Below, one piece after another: positions 15,284 to 16,641 of a stretch of DNA of 16,641 nucleotides. The first letter of the stretch is position 1. Each line of letters begins with the position of its first letter. Below the pieces are notes generated by a model. It saw nothing but the letters and a program-made list of their open reading frames with translations. It searched no databases and was not told the DNA's origin. The translations under genes were made by a program, and so were the position numbers. Source of the DNA: Myxococcota bacterium (lineage in GTDB: Bacteria > Myxococcota_A > UBA796 > GCA-2862545); NCBI GenBank assembly GCA_039208735.1, contig JBCCQY010000188.1, positions 1 to 16,641 on the forward strand, given 5' to 3'.

Positions 15284-16641
15284 GTGCGCTACCGTCTCGT
15301 CAGGGGGCGCAGCAAGACGATGGCATGGGTGGCGCTGGTGTTTGCGGGGGCGGTGCACGCGGCCGAGCCTGATCCGAGGCTTGGATGGTTCGAGGAAGGC
15401 CGGCAGGCCTACGAAACCTGCGAAGCTGAGCACGCTGCGGGCCGGCGGGACGCCGCACTTGCCGCGTGTCGAACGTCGTATGCGCGCATGACCCAGGCGC
15501 TTACGCCCGACAACGGAGCGGTTCGCCTGGCTCGAGGGGCGGTGGTGGGTCTGCTCGACGAACTGGGCCGACCCGACGAAGCGGCGCAGGTTCTTGCCGA
15601 TGCGATCGACACCCAGGGGGCAGCCCTCGAGGGGTACCCCGCCTTGCGGTGGACCGATTTGATGGACCTCGTGAAGCGGTGGGCGGAAGCCGGGCGACTG
15701 AACGAGGCCCAACCGTACGCCGAGCAAGCCCTCGCCGTGGTGGAGGCCGATGAGCAGGCGTTACCGGCCGGGAGTCGCGCGGTCACCTTGCAATCGCTTG
15801 GGTTCCTCGCCCACGAGTCGGGGCGGTATGCCGTGGCGGAATCCCATCGCCGCGAAGTCGTGCGACAGGTCGTCGCAGCTGGGGCGGCAGCGGATGCGGG
15901 CTGGCTCCCGCGCGCGCTAACGGACCTGGGCAACACCTTGCAACAGATGGGACGAGAGGACGAAGCGCAACGGGTTCATCGGGAGGCGGTGGCCGCGGCG
16001 GAGCGTCCTGGCGTGGACACCCCAGCGCGCATGGGCGCGCTCAACGCCCTTGGGGTGACGCTGACGAATCAGGCCGAGTACGTGTCGGCAGAAGACGCCT
16101 ATCGACGAGCCCTCGCCCTTGCGCCCAGCTCAGATCTTCAACGCATCTACGTCCTAAAGAATCTGGGGGCCTTGCTCCTGTTGATGGACCAGGTCGATGA
16201 GGCGGAACAAGCCACGCGAAAGGCTCTTGAGGCGGCCGAATCGGGTTGGGGCCCGCTGCATCCGGCGACGCTCACTGCGGTCGAGGACTTGGCCCTTGTG
16301 ATGGAGCACCGAGGGCGGTTTGCCGAAGCCTTGACGTTGCATCGACGATCTTTGGCCGGTTCGCAGCAAGTGTTGAGGCCAGGTCATCCCACCACCGCTC
16401 TGCGGGCCAACAATTTGGCGGTTCTTCTCGAGCGACTCGGTGACCGCGATGAGGCCATCTCCTTGCTCGAACGCTCCCTCGCCGACGCACGAAGCGCCTA
16501 TGGACCCGTCCATCCCACGGTGGCGACTCGACAGACGAGCCTGGCCCAGTTGCTGTCCAACCGAGGGGATTTTCCAAGGGCCGAACCCCTATTCCGGGAT
16601 GCTCTCCAGCAACTCGAACAGACGCGGGGGCCCGACCACCC
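15284..16641 (+). CDS. Tetratricopeptide-repeat protein (kinesin-light-chain-like TPR_10/12 repeats) with a signal peptide; partial, continues past the window
   Basis: Not in the ORF track because it has no stop. The frame is open from GTG 15284 or ATG 15320: MAWVALVFAGAVHA-AEP. Repeats include ALTDLGNTLQQMGREDEA, ALNALGVTL...AEDAYRRAL, GPLHPAT, PGHPTTALRANNLA, GPVHPTVA and GPDH. Confidence 0.85.
   Translation, partial: MRYRLVRGRSKTMAWVALVFAGAVHAAEPDPRLGWFEEGRQAYETCEAEHAAGRRDAALAACRTSYARMTQALTPDNGAVRLARGAVVGLLDELGRPDEAAQVLADAIDTQGAALEGYPALRWTDLMDLVKRWAEAGRLNEAQPYAEQALAVVEADEQALPAGSRAVTLQSLGFLAHESGRYAVAESHRREVVRQVVAAGAAADAGWLPRALTDLGNTLQQMGREDEAQRVHREAVAAAERPGVDTPARMGALNALGVTLTNQAEYVSAEDAYRRALALAPSSDLQRIYVLKNLGALLLLMDQVDEAEQATRKALEAAESGWGPLHPATLTAVEDLALVMEHRGRFAEALTLHRRSLAGSQQVLRPGHPTTALRANNLAVLLERLGDRDEAISLLERSLADARSAYGPVHPTVATRQTSLAQLLSNRGDFPRAEPLFRDALQQLEQTRGPDH

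Noticed and set aside
116..16577. Many long antisense or alternate-frame ORFs (e.g. 116..574, 2168..3091, 3723..4625, 4655..5701, 6374..7375, 7695..8501, 14015..14950)
   Set aside because: Shadow ORFs expected in high-GC DNA. They overlap well-supported genes and show no recognisable motifs.
1..16641. CRISPR array, IS/transposase, integrase or defence system
   Set aside because: No regularly spaced DNA repeats or relevant protein motifs were seen. The repeats present are protein-level (FG-GAP, TPR, Ig).

Overview
GC-rich bacterial window, most likely from a Myxococcota genome: there is a MYXO-CTERM-type tail, Cys-rich secreted proteins and a eukaryote-like kinase fold. It opens with the 3' 28 nt of a tRNA-Leu, which abuts and apparently truncates a phosphate-porin-like gene. 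That gene is the last of a minus-strand operon (PstS/PBP-like protein, small lipoprotein, porin). Divergent from the operon is a selenocysteine-containing selD, with an in-frame UGA and a SECIS hairpin; the ORF track splits it in two. Next come a small membrane protein with a divergent LysR regulator, and two tandem, translationally coupled paralogous lipoproteins with Ig-like stalks and a probable LBP/BPI (TULIP)-like C-terminal half, the best candidate here for an undescribed system. These are followed by a small Zn-finger-like protein, a broken TmrB-like P-loop pseudogene and an FG-GAP/CRTAC1-like MYXO-CTERM surface protein. The window ends with an H-NOX + HNOBA-histidine kinase NO-sensing pair, a membrane-anchored Ser/Thr pseudokinase and a signal-peptide TPR protein that runs off the end. 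All family calls come from motif recognition by eye; no searches were run.
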